In this document: positions 40,284-49,871 of the stretch, one piece after another
Numbering within the stretch: the first letter of the stretch is position 1
Layout of the letters: each line of letters opens with the position of its first letter
From: an uncultured Pseudobdellovibrionaceae bacterium
Lineage (GTDB): Bacteria > Bdellovibrionota > Bdellovibrionia > Bdellovibrionales > UBA1609
Reading direction: 5' to 3'
NCBI GenBank assembly: GCA_963803705.1
Contig: CAWDNU010000002.1
Span: 160,753-224,752 of the forward strand
DNA length: 64,000 nucleotides
Program-made: the position numbers and the translations under genes
The notes under the pieces: model-generated
Database searches by the model: none
The model's input: only the letters and a program-made list of their open reading frames with translations
What the model was told of the DNA's origin: nothing

Positions 40284-40994
40284 TTAAGTTAATTTTCTTA
40301 ATAAAAACTTATTTTTATCAATCACTTGAAATGAAACTTTAAATTCAGCTTCAATGTACTGAAACGTTTTATTGGAAAGAAAAAAAACATGAGTGCTATC
40401 ATTTTTGTAGTACCAATTTTCAAAGTCTTCGACCATATGAGGTAACAACTCAGTGCGAATGAAAAGTTTTCCCCTAGGTTCTAAAAGATCTAGAATCTTT
40501 TGAAATTCTAATCTAAAGTTTGCTAAGTGCTCAATGACCTCGTGACATATTAAATAGTCGTAAAACTTTGGTTTAAGAAGCGGCGCTGAATTGAAAAAAA
40601 ACTTATCGTAGCTTTCGACGCTGTAACCCAAAAGTTTTAGAATATGCTCTAAACCCTTAGTAGGGCCACAGCCATAGTCTAAACCTTTTTGTTCGGTTTC
40701 AAAATGTTGTAAGAATGGCTTTATACTTTCTTCTAAATATTTTAAATACTTTAAATCATCTAGTCTGTTTTCGTGACTAAAGTAGCGAAGATGCTCTTCT
40801 TGGTCTGGTAAAATATGCTCAGGGCTTTTGAATACACCACTACAATTAAGGCATTGAAAAAATGCAGGTTGATCGATATTCATTTTTAAAAGGTACGAGT
40901 CGATAGCTTGCTTGGGATTTTTTAAAAATAGGGGTTTATGCTCTGACGATAAGCAAAGTGGACATGACACAAAGGAGTTACTTGATATAATCAT
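40284..40994 (-). CDS. Class I SAM-dependent methyltransferase with N-terminal Cys pairs
   Basis: CPLC, CLNC, GLDYGCGP, EVIEH, WYYKNDSTHV. Confidence 0.85.
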   Translation of the reverse strand: MIISSNSFVSCPLCLSSEHKPLFLKNPKQAIDSYLLKMNIDQPAFFQCLNCSGVFKSPEHILPDQEEHLRYFSHENRLDDLKYLKYLEESIKPFLQHFETEQKGLDYGCGPTKGLEHILKLLGYSVESYDKFFFNSAPLLKPKFYDYLICHEVIEHLANFRLEFQKILDLLEPRGKLFIRTELLPHMVEDFENWYYKNDSTHVFFLSNKTFQYIEAEFKVSFQVIDKNKFLLRKLT

Positions 40995-41015
40995 TTATAA
41001 ATTTGAGGTGTAACA

Positions 41016-42848
41016 TTGGAGTCCAATAAAACAAGTCTGAACTGGATAATTGGTGCCGGCGTGGTTGGCGCAGACATTGGAACATCAGTATTTTACGGTA
41101 CCGGGATTCTTTACCCCAAAGTTGGTTTTTTAGCTCCTTTATTTGTTCTGTTCTGCTGTTTGATGATGTGGCTGTTTAAACGCACTTATGAAGAAGGTTT
41201 GGCATTAAGCCCCTACAACGGTGGCGCGTACTCGATGATCTTAAGATCCTTGGGGCGGCAAGCCTCTGTGTTAGCTGGTGCTTTAACTATGGTGTCTTAT
41301 CTGGCAACTGCCGCAGTTAGCGCTCTTAGTGGAGCATATTATTTGGCTTCGATATCTAATGGCTTTTCTGATTCTGCCATAGTCTTAACTGCTTTTTTCC
41401 CTATTGTATTTTTTGGCTTTTTAAATGCCAGAGGCATTAAAGAGCCAGCAAAATTGGTCACGGTGATTTCAGGTCTTCATTTTTTGCTTTTGATTGTAAT
41501 TACAATATGGGGATTCACGTACTTAGCCATTAATTGGAGTCTTATTGATTTTTCAAAATTTGACCAACTTACCCCAAGCGGAGAGCTTTCTTGGGCTATT
41601 TTTATGTACGGGTTTGCGGCCGCTTTTTTAGGAATAACGGGATTTGAATCCGCAGCACAAATTGTCGAAGAGCTAGAGGCGCCTGCCCTTGAAACAGTAA
41701 GAAAGCTTTATACAGCAGTTATTATTCTAGTTTCACTTACTGCACCTGCCATTTCACTCTTATGTTTAGTGGTATTAACAAAAAATGAAATTGATCAGAA
41801 CATTTCATCTTTACTTTCAGGCCTAAGCTTAAAGCTTGGTGGTAAAGTCTTGCTGTACATTATTGTTGTCGATGCTACTTTGACTTTATTTGCTGCCGTT
41901 AATACTGCTTACGTAGGTTTTATTGGTTTATCTACAACAATGTCTAAACAAGGAAACCTACCGATAATTTTGCTACGAAGATTCACGCATAAATACCCAT
42001 CGATACAGGGCTATCCGCTGATAGCCTTTTTATTTATGGTGGTGGCTTTGCTGATGTGCGCACTTGTTGCAGGTGAACATGGCCTAAATATTTTAGCTAA
42101 AGTTTATGAAATTGCATTTTTAGGAGTGATGATAAGTTTTTGCATAGGAGTGGTCTTACTTAGAAATCGTCAAATTAGAAAGGATACTCCTACTAAATTT
42201 TTGAGCGAATGGTTAATTTCGTCCAAAGATAAAATCATTCCACTAATTCCACTATTTTCAGGTTCGGTTTTATTGGTAGCTCAAGTTACTTTGCTGCTCA
42301 CCTCTACATCTAGTGCCAGGTCATTGTTGGTGCAGTTACTATCCTTGATCGTAATACTTATGGCTTTTTACCGTTGGGGAGTTTTAGAGGAACGTCTAGA
42401 GCGAAGAAACGACCTTAGGATTGGCACAGGTAAGTTTTCTGGCAAAAGAGAACTGCCTGACGATCTAAGAAAATTTATTGTGTGCGCTGGGGGCACAGGT
42501 GCAAGGCGTTTGATTCACGCTGCTATTAGAAAAATAAAAGCAGAGTTTTGCTCTGAGTCTTTCGAGCTCGTGGTTTTCCACGCAGAAACTAGCCTTGATC
42601 ATGAGGGGTTCTTTCACGAACTTTTGCAAAGAGTTGTTTCCCAACAAATTGCTCCGGTTCATCAAAATGACGATCTTATTTTAACCGTAAAAATTTTACC
42701 GGGAGACTTGGTCGAGGGTTTGCAAACTTTGAAAAAAACAAATCAGTTTGATTCTTTATTTTTGGGTGGTTCATCTTCAAAGAATTCCTCTGAATTGATC
42801 GAGACCATTCGTCATGACTTAGAGATAGAAATTCATTATTTAGATTAG
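41016..42848 (+). CDS. APC-superfamily permease with soluble C-terminal domain
   Basis: GADIGTSVFY, NGGAY, LGITGFESAAQ, about 12 TM helices, alpha/beta tail. Confidence 0.85.
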   Translation: MESNKTSLNWIIGAGVVGADIGTSVFYGTGILYPKVGFLAPLFVLFCCLMMWLFKRTYEEGLALSPYNGGAYSMILRSLGRQASVLAGALTMVSYLATAAVSALSGAYYLASISNGFSDSAIVLTAFFPIVFFGFLNARGIKEPAKLVTVISGLHFLLLIVITIWGFTYLAINWSLIDFSKFDQLTPSGELSWAIFMYGFAAAFLGITGFESAAQIVEELEAPALETVRKLYTAVIILVSLTAPAISLLCLVVLTKNEIDQNISSLLSGLSLKLGGKVLLYIIVVDATLTLFAAVNTAYVGFIGLSTTMSKQGNLPIILLRRFTHKYPSIQGYPLIAFLFMVVALLMCALVAGEHGLNILAKVYEIAFLGVMISFCIGVVLLRNRQIRKDTPTKFLSEWLISSKDKIIPLIPLFSGSVLLVAQVTLLLTSTSSARSLLVQLLSLIVILMAFYRWGVLEERLERRNDLRIGTGKFSGKRELPDDLRKFIVCAGGTGARRLIHAAIRKIKAEFCSESFELVVFHAETSLDHEGFFHELLQRVVSQQIAPVHQNDDLILTVKILPGDLVEGLQTLKKTNQFDSLFLGGSSSKNSSELIETIRHDLEIEIHYLD

Positions 42849-43044
42849 GGCCTTTCTGCACTATAGTAGTGCACTAAAATGTAGCGTTAGACTGTAAACC
42901 CATGGAATCGCGAAGCTGTTTTTGCCGCAATTCTGGTAAGTCTTATAATAAATTGAATTATTTTTGACAATTTATGGTGAATTTGCATTGATATGTCTTC
43001 TTAGATCAGAGTGGGATCGGGTCTATGTCTGGGGGTATCTGCCA

Positions 43045-46000
43045 ATGGCGTTCACATTTTTTAAAAACTCAATGATTTGCAATATTGTTTTTCTAACTCT
43101 TTTTACTTTTTTTGGTCCGGTGTATCAGGCAAGGGCTAACGATTATACGGATTATTTAAGCCATTTAACTGCATTAAAGGATAGTGAAAATCCTAATGAG
43201 ATTTTTGCTGCCGTCACAGCCATCAGAGAGACTCAGACCCTTGAGGCCTATGAAATAGTTGTTAAACGCTTAGAAGATTACTTAGACTCTAAATACCTTG
43301 AGCCCGCAGATGCTGAAACTAGAGAACAGCAAAAAGACGTTGTCATCGGACTTGCAGAAGCCATGTCTATATTAGGCACACAAAGTGAGGTGCCTTTGTT
43401 TGAAGAGCTCTCTTACATTGTAAAGTTGGCTATAATTGGAGAAACGTCTATTTTAGCAGATGACGAAATTTTTGATTACCTTGAGCAAACCAAAAATCAA
43501 CTAGCTGAAAAAAGTGGTCGAAGGCTTTACTCTGATATCAAAAAAATAGAGGGTTATGTTCCTGATGAGTCCATAGAAAGAACACTAAAAATCACTGCCC
43601 ATAACAACACTCTAGAGTTAGTAGATCGCCTACTAAAGCGTATGCGCGGTGACGTGGAAGATCAGGAGGATATTCTCAATTCGATTGCAATTATGTACTT
43701 AAAAGATCAAGTAAATGCTGGTAACCGATTGGCCCCAGAAGTTTTTTATTATATGGGTCTACCCGGAAATGGAAAAGACTCAATCGTCGAATCTTTTGTT
43801 AAAGCACTACATCCACTTGATCCTAACGCATTAGAAAATCATCTTTTTCGCATGAATATTAGAAACCAAGAAGAGGCTTGGAGTTACTTTGGATCTGGAA
43901 AAGGCTATGTTGGCTCTGATGAATTTCCAAGTTTCTTAAAATTTTTAGTCGAACATTCTGGTGGGCGCTACCTATTGGTCACTGTTAAAAATGCTAAGGG
44001 GGCCGAAAGAACTATCGTCGAATCAAATCCTGAATGGAAGCCTGGATCTTCGTTAGGTGTGACGCCAGATAAGGCTGTTGTTTTTATTAACGAGGCGCAC
44101 AATATGCCTAAGTCTGTTAAAGATAATATTTTTAAGCAGGCTATCGAGCGTGGTATTTTTCCAATCACTAACCCAGGCGAAACAAAAAATTCTGTTTCTA
44201 GTTTGATTGTGCCAGTGACATTTAAGTTCGCCACCAACGAAGGAATTTCTTTACTTGAACCTCGAGAAAAAAATGGAACTCGTATAGGAAAACCATTAAG
44301 CCATGAGCAATTAAATCAGAATTACCTTCGAGTCTACAGTAACAAATCCGTATTAAAGCAGGCCGTGTTGCAAAATAACGGAGAGCGAAACAATCCCAGC
44401 TTCAATGCAAATTCGCCTGGCACCTCGGAAGAGTTTTTAGATAGAATACCTGACCACCGGATACACTTACTAAAGCCATTAAGCCCGGCTGCTTTAAAAA
44501 GAATCGTGAGAAAAGCAATAGCCAAAATTCAGAATGACTTTGCTAATAGTCAGGGTAACTTGGGTCGCTATAATATTACTGTCTCAGATGATTTGATTGA
44601 TTTTATTGTGGATTACAAATACGTGGCTGCTGAAAATGCTCGTCCAATAAAAAGTCGCATCGAAAATTTTATCACTGGCCAAATTTTAGATGCAGTCTTA
44701 GCAAGAAAAATTAGACCTTTAGGCACAGTCCAAGATATTTCGATTGATCTATTGAAGTATGACAATGAAACCTACTCTACCAAATTTAAGGTTTCGGTCC
44801 CAAATACGGAAGTGCAATATCAATTTACACGCATGATTAAAGAGACTGTATCCGACCGCGTCTTAAGGCCCTTAAGCCATCAGCGCGTTTTAGAAATTTC
44901 GGCAATGCGTGAAGAGATTCAAAAAAATGTATTTGGCGTTGAACATATAGTAGACCGGTTGATAGAAGCTACATTGGTAGCTGAAAGTGAAGCACGAAGC
45001 GGTGATTTGACAGAAAGATCCGCTACAGTCATGGCCTTCTTAGGAAAAAGCTCTACGGGTAAAACAGAAGCTGCAAAGCAGTTTATTCGGGGTAGGTATA
45101 ATAAAGATGAAAAGCCTATAATCATAGAATTTAACAATATAAAAACAGTTGCTGCCTTGGAAGCAAAGATACTTGGCAGCTTTGATAGCAGGGGAAACCC
45201 TATTGATTCTGAATTCATGAAATTGTATGACAGATCAAATGGACGAGTCGGCTTCATTTTTGACGAAGCTGCAAACGCACCTAAAGAGTTGCTGAAATCG
45301 CTTTATGAAATACTAAGAGAGCCCGTGGCCACTGGATTTTCTGATGGTAAGCCACGACCTATGAAACAAGTTAGTATCATTTTAACAGGTAATGCAGGTG
45401 AAGAGATTTACGAATCAATTCCCGGAAATCTGCCCAGTGACGTTTACGAAAGAGCGCTGCACGAGGTGTTTAAGATCTTTATATCTAATGAGGGACTTAG
45501 GCACAAAATTATGCTTAAGACTTTTCCTGAAGCGTTTTTAGCCCGCTTAGGTCCTAATATTTTTCATTTTGGACCCCTGACACATGCAGGTAAAAGGCAG
45601 GTGGGTCAAATGAAACTGCTACAAGGTTTAAAGACCCTTAGGGGCAATCGAAGTGAGATAGGTTGGGATGTCTTATTTAAAGATGAAGCTTCGCTTTTGG
45701 GTGTCTTTAGCATGATTGAAAAAGAAGGATTTGATCACCACTCTCAAGGAGCTTCCATTGACAAGTTCGTTTCAGATTCAATCATTGGTAAAATAAAAGC
45801 GCGCTTACTTGTAGAAGGCATTAAAAGAGGTGAGCAAGTAGTTTTAGAATTAGTTCCCGGAGTTACAGAAAAAAAATCGGTAAACTATACATCATCATTT
45901 AGACAAATGAAGTTAACCACTAATGATGGCAAAGTTATCACCATTGAAATTCCCTTGGGACAAAAGAACACCAGTGTAAAAAGAAACGATGTGGACCGTG

Positions 46001-47055
46001 CGTTGACTGCTTACCATGAAGTAGGACACGAAATTGTGTCAGAAGTATATTTTGGTGATCGAGTGCGGCCCAAATTTATGACTATTTTGGAAGGAGTAAC
46101 CATAATCAATGATATTTTTGTTCACTACAGCGGAATAAGGGAAGGCGAAAACGCTGAGAGAATCGAAATGACTAAAGGAGCTGTTCTTAGAAGAGCAGCC
46201 GTTCTTTCTGCGGGCTATGTAGCTCAAAGTTTAGTTACTTTAGGTGGACGTCATGATTCAGGTAAGGGCAATGATATTGACCGAGCTACAAATTACATTA
46301 AGACTTCGATCTTACGTTTTGGACTGTCTGAACAGTGGGGCATGATCAGTGTACCAGAAAATATATCCATTGAAGACTATATTTCGAAGGCTCTATCTAA
46401 TGAAGAGAAATCACTACTTCATAAATTAACTTTGGAATGGTTGAAAGATGCTGAAAAAATGGCAGTCGAAGCATTGATGTTAAATGCAGAGCAGTTGCTA
46501 CTTAATATGAGTCGTCAATTGGCAGAGCAGGGGAACTTGGTCGAAGACGATATTTTGAAACTATACCAAGATAACCAGGTACTTACAGAACATAGCAGTG
46601 AGGATTTTAATGAGTCTTTAATTAAGATTAGACATACTAAAGGCCTTATCGACGAAGCTTTGAAACAGAAGGCTAAGTCTTTTAAAGAGAATTATAATGA
46701 AACAAACTTCACAATTGAATACGCAGAAGAGGCTTATAATTTTTTAATTAGAGACTGGCGCAGCTTCTGGAAAAACCCTTGGGGCGAGCTGGATCAATTG
46801 CAAAAATTTGCAGCAGCTATCTATTTATCAAGCAAAGTGGGTTACTCATCAAGAGACGCCAAATTTTCAAGCCCTATTTGGATGCCAAGCAAAATGGCAA
46901 ATATTGAAGCAATTATTTTAGATGAAGTAAAACGCTCAACTAATCCAGTAACTGAACTTGATGAATTTAATTTCTTAGAGCGGACGTTAGATAAGCCACT
47001 AGGTTCAGCAAACCAGCCAGAGCCTTCAAATAGCTGTATGGCCTTTCTCGAATGA
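43045..47055 (+). CDS. Signal-peptide-bearing tandem Clp-type AAA+ ATPase fused to FtsH-type M41 peptidase
   Basis: ATG 43045 with GGGGG RBS; signal ending QARA-ND; GLPGNGKD / GYVG / VFINE / EFLDRI / ARPIK; GKSSTGKT / FIFDE / AFLARL; AYHEVGH..GKGNDIDRAT..FGLSE. Confidence 0.85.
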   Translation: MAFTFFKNSMICNIVFLTLFTFFGPVYQARANDYTDYLSHLTALKDSENPNEIFAAVTAIRETQTLEAYEIVVKRLEDYLDSKYLEPADAETREQQKDVVIGLAEAMSILGTQSEVPLFEELSYIVKLAIIGETSILADDEIFDYLEQTKNQLAEKSGRRLYSDIKKIEGYVPDESIERTLKITAHNNTLELVDRLLKRMRGDVEDQEDILNSIAIMYLKDQVNAGNRLAPEVFYYMGLPGNGKDSIVESFVKALHPLDPNALENHLFRMNIRNQEEAWSYFGSGKGYVGSDEFPSFLKFLVEHSGGRYLLVTVKNAKGAERTIVESNPEWKPGSSLGVTPDKAVVFINEAHNMPKSVKDNIFKQAIERGIFPITNPGETKNSVSSLIVPVTFKFATNEGISLLEPREKNGTRIGKPLSHEQLNQNYLRVYSNKSVLKQAVLQNNGERNNPSFNANSPGTSEEFLDRIPDHRIHLLKPLSPAALKRIVRKAIAKIQNDFANSQGNLGRYNITVSDDLIDFIVDYKYVAAENARPIKSRIENFITGQILDAVLARKIRPLGTVQDISIDLLKYDNETYSTKFKVSVPNTEVQYQFTRMIKETVSDRVLRPLSHQRVLEISAMREEIQKNVFGVEHIVDRLIEATLVAESEARSGDLTERSATVMAFLGKSSTGKTEAAKQFIRGRYNKDEKPIIIEFNNIKTVAALEAKILGSFDSRGNPIDSEFMKLYDRSNGRVGFIFDEAANAPKELLKSLYEILREPVATGFSDGKPRPMKQVSIILTGNAGEEIYESIPGNLPSDVYERALHEVFKIFISNEGLRHKIMLKTFPEAFLARLGPNIFHFGPLTHAGKRQVGQMKLLQGLKTLRGNRSEIGWDVLFKDEASLLGVFSMIEKEGFDHHSQGASIDKFVSDSIIGKIKARLLVEGIKRGEQVVLELVPGVTEKKSVNYTSSFRQMKLTTNDGKVITIEIPLGQKNTSVKRNDVDRALTAYHEVGHEIVSEVYFGDRVRPKFMTILEGVTIINDIFVHYSGIREGENAERIEMTKGAVLRRAAVLSAGYVAQSLVTLGGRHDSGKGNDIDRATNYIKTSILRFGLSEQWGMISVPENISIEDYISKALSNEEKSLLHKLTLEWLKDAEKMAVEALMLNAEQLLLNMSRQLAEQGNLVEDDILKLYQDNQVLTEHSSEDFNESLIKIRHTKGLIDEALKQKAKSFKENYNETNFTIEYAEEAYNFLIRDWRSFWKNPWGELDQLQKFAAAIYLSSKVGYSSRDAKFSSPIWMPSKMANIEAIILDEVKRSTNPVTELDEFNFLERTLDKPLGSANQPEPSNSCMAFLE

Positions 47056-47122
47056 TTTAACATTTAGTTTTACCAATAGATGGACTCTTAATCTTGTTGA
47101 TTAAGCTAATACCTAACGCTAA

Positions 47123-47377
47123 TTACTCTTCTAGTTTAGCCTTCAACTGATTGCTTTGATCTAGGGCGGAAAGTTCAGAGAAACCTCCGATTAGCTCTTC
47201 ACCAATGAAAATTTGAGGCACAGTTCTAAGTCCGGTCTTTTCTTTAAGCGCCTTTAACTCTTCAGGCTTACCTTCTAAGTTTATCTCTTTAAAATCTATA
47301 TTTTTGCTTTTTAGCAAAGATTTCGCACGCACACAAAATGGACAATATTCGGTAGAATAAATTTTTACAGTTTTCAT
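47123..47377 (-). CDS. grxC: Glutaredoxin 3
   Basis: CPFC active site, TVPQIFI, IGGF. Confidence 0.92.
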   Translation of the reverse strand: MKTVKIYSTEYCPFCVRAKSLLKSKNIDFKEINLEGKPEELKALKEKTGLRTVPQIFIGEELIGGFSELSALDQSNQLKAKLEE

Positions 47378-47457
47378 TAGGACCACCTTTTAAGAATTTA
47401 ACTTACTTTCTAAGTCACCCCAACGCAATAAGGAATTTAAAGAACCCGATTGGCTTT

Positions 47458-47874
47458 TTAATCTGGTGATTTGCTAGTATTTGATTCTATACCTGAACCA
47501 AGGTTTTGAATCATTTGCCTACTTTCAGGCGTCAGCGAATTGTAAAAAGCTTCTGGATTTTGCGACGCTTTCAAAAGCATATTCTTGACTGCTTCAGCGT
47601 CTCCGTTATTGTCCTTAACAAGCTGACTAAAAATATCTGCGCTGATATCGAAAGTTGAATCTTTTTGAGAGCGATTCATTCCCATTTGGTTCATTTGATC
47701 CACGTACTTTTTAGAACCTGGGCTTTCTCTTATAACTTTGTCTCTAGCCGCACCGTTTCTAAGTAGTGTCTGTGTTTGTTCCAAAGCAGAGCTATCTGTT
47801 TTCTTAAGTTCAGCATGAGCTATATTGATTGATAAAAACACCAGAAAAATTATAGTAGCTTTCAATAACATCAT
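47458..47874 (-). CDS. Exported hypothetical protein
   Basis: Signal peptide ending AHA-E; helical mature part. Confidence 0.75.
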   Translation of the reverse strand: MMLLKATIIFLVFLSINIAHAELKKTDSSALEQTQTLLRNGAARDKVIRESPGSKKYVDQMNQMGMNRSQKDSTFDISADIFSQLVKDNNGDAEAVKNMLLKASQNPEAFYNSLTPESRQMIQNLGSGIESNTSKSPD

Positions 47875-48119
47875 TTGAAGGACCTTGTGGGTGTAACTTT
47901 GAACATTATATATCTAATGCTAAAGATAAAAGTTTAAAATTAAATATTTTTGAATTAAATTAGCTAATTTAATTAAACTAAATTTAAGTAATAAAAATTT
48001 GTTAAGCTGAACCTAAGTAAGTGTTTGCGTTTATAAATAGTATAATTTAATCGGATATCTGTGACGTTTCATTGAGCTACTTTCATGCTTATAGTGACAA
48101 AAATTTGAAAGTTACATAT

Positions 48120-48179
48120 TAGGGCCTGTGGAAAATATTTAGTAGACGTTTCAAAACAATACATCTTTTCACAACCTTA
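48120..48179. mobile_element. 60-bp miniature derivative of the MITE (ends only)
   Basis: Begins TAGGGCCTGTGGAA as in the MITE end; finishes ATCTTTTCACAACCTTA, a degenerate right end. Confidence 0.55.
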
Positions 48180-48231
48180 CAAGTAGGCTGCGAAAACTAG
48201 CTGAAAAGTTGCTTGTAATAGCGTACACATT

Positions 48232-49356
48232 TTAATTGACTTTAAAACCGGTCAAGTAAGATTCAAGGCATTTGACAATCTGTTGGTGACTTTGAAGGGG
48301 CTTAACTTTATCAAAAAGGAGGTTTAATTTTTTATGGTTTCGGCAAAGAAGTTTTATCAGTTGTTTTGATCTGCCAACTAAAAAGCGAGATTCTTTTTTT
48401 GGACAAATACTTATGTATTTAAGGACAAAGTGTTTTATGTAAAACCGAATCAGATCGCTACTTGAATTTAAGTTAAAAGCTTCGCTCATAAAAACAAAGA
48501 TTTCAGTCTTTCTTATTAATAAGGCTAATAAAGGCTCCGCCATAAAACCACGACCTATCATAATGTCTTTACAGCCGCTTTCAAATACGCAGTTATTGTA
48601 GTCTGCTAAGTTCCATACTTCACCATTTGCTATAATTGGCATTTGCACATGGTTTTTCATTTTTCTAATAAAATCCCAATACGCTGGGGGCTTGTATCCA
48701 TCTACTTTGGTTCTTGCGTGGACAGCCATCCATCCCGCTTTTGCTGCTTCTGCAGCCAGAGCAATTTCAACGTGAAAGTCTTTATGCTCGTAACCTAATC
48801 TTACTTTGACATTCACCGGTACAGATTCAGGCACAGCGCTGCGGACTGCATTAGTAATTCGGTAAACTCGTTCAGGGTCTTTTAATATAATTGACCCTCC
48901 ATCATTTTTATTTACCGTTTTAGCAGGGCATCCAAAGTTAATATCTATGCCGTAAGCACCAAGGCTAACTGCTTGAACTGCATTCTCTGCCATATAGTTT
49001 AAATCACTTCCTAGAAGTTGCACAAACACAGGAGTTCCAGTTTCTGTTTTGGAATTTGTTTTTAGTTCCGGAGCGTACTCATAAAAAACCCTTGCAGGCA
49101 CAACTTGCTTAGTGACTCGGATAAACTCTGTAACGCAATAATCAATACCCCCATAAGAGGTCAAAAGTTGTCTGATCCAAGGATCAACCACACCTTCCAT
49201 TGGAGCTAGATGTAGATCGCCTAACTTTTTTGTAGTTGATTTTGCAGCAGGTTTAGCAGTTAATTCGCCATTAAGACCCACGGATTTTTTATCAGGATGT
49301 TTACTTACTTGATTGCTTACTAATTTTGTTAAATGTTCACAAACTAAATTCTGCAT
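48232..49356 (-). CDS. tRNA-dihydrouridine synthase, DusC-like
   Basis: LAPMEGV, VTEFIRV, QLLGSD, DINFGCPAKTV, VHARTK..GYKPPA, ANGEVW. Confidence 0.9.
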   Translation of the reverse strand: MQNLVCEHLTKLVSNQVSKHPDKKSVGLNGELTAKPAAKSTTKKLGDLHLAPMEGVVDPWIRQLLTSYGGIDYCVTEFIRVTKQVVPARVFYEYAPELKTNSKTETGTPVFVQLLGSDLNYMAENAVQAVSLGAYGIDINFGCPAKTVNKNDGGSIILKDPERVYRITNAVRSAVPESVPVNVKVRLGYEHKDFHVEIALAAEAAKAGWMAVHARTKVDGYKPPAYWDFIRKMKNHVQMPIIANGEVWNLADYNNCVFESGCKDIMIGRGFMAEPLLALLIRKTEIFVFMSEAFNLNSSSDLIRFYIKHFVLKYISICPKKESRFLVGRSKQLIKLLCRNHKKLNLLFDKVKPLQSHQQIVKCLESYLTGFKVN

Positions 49357-49820
49357 ATTTTTACAATGTGATCAAATTCTTTTTTAGAAACAGGCTGTAT
49401 TGAAAGTCTAGTTCCTTTTTTAATTAAAAGCATATCTTGCAGCAGTTTCTCTTTACGCGCATTAGCTAGTGACAGGATAGATTTAAATTTTTCTACAAAT
49501 TTTACCTCTACGCATTCCCAGATAGGACGCGCAACTGTGGCTTTTGGTTCGAAGTAGTCTGATTTTTTATCGAAGGCTGTGGGATCTGCAGCCGCTGGTT
49601 TAGAAATCTTAGCTAGCCCTACCACAGCAGGGGGCTTGGTGTTAGAGTGGTAAAAAAGCACTTCATCGCCGACAGTCATCTCTTTGACCATAAAGTTTCT
49701 TGCCTGGTAATTGCGCACCCCCTCCCAGAGAGTTGTTTTATCTTTTTCAAGTTGGTCTATAGAGTAAGCATCTGGCTCTGACTTCATAAGCCAGAATTTT
49801 TTAGTTTTCTTTGTTGGCAT
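49344..49820 (-). CDS. EVE domain protein
   Basis: WLMKSEP, WEGVRNYQARN, FYHS, RLSIQPV. Confidence 0.93.
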   Translation of the reverse strand: MPTKKTKKFWLMKSEPDAYSIDQLEKDKTTLWEGVRNYQARNFMVKEMTVGDEVLFYHSNTKPPAVVGLAKISKPAAADPTAFDKKSDYFEPKATVARPIWECVEVKFVEKFKSILSLANARKEKLLQDMLLIKKGTRLSIQPVSKKEFDHIVKICRI

Positions 49821-49871
49821 GGATGCACTCTCCGTCTAATATTGATTTAGACTTACAAAAAAGGAGAGCAA

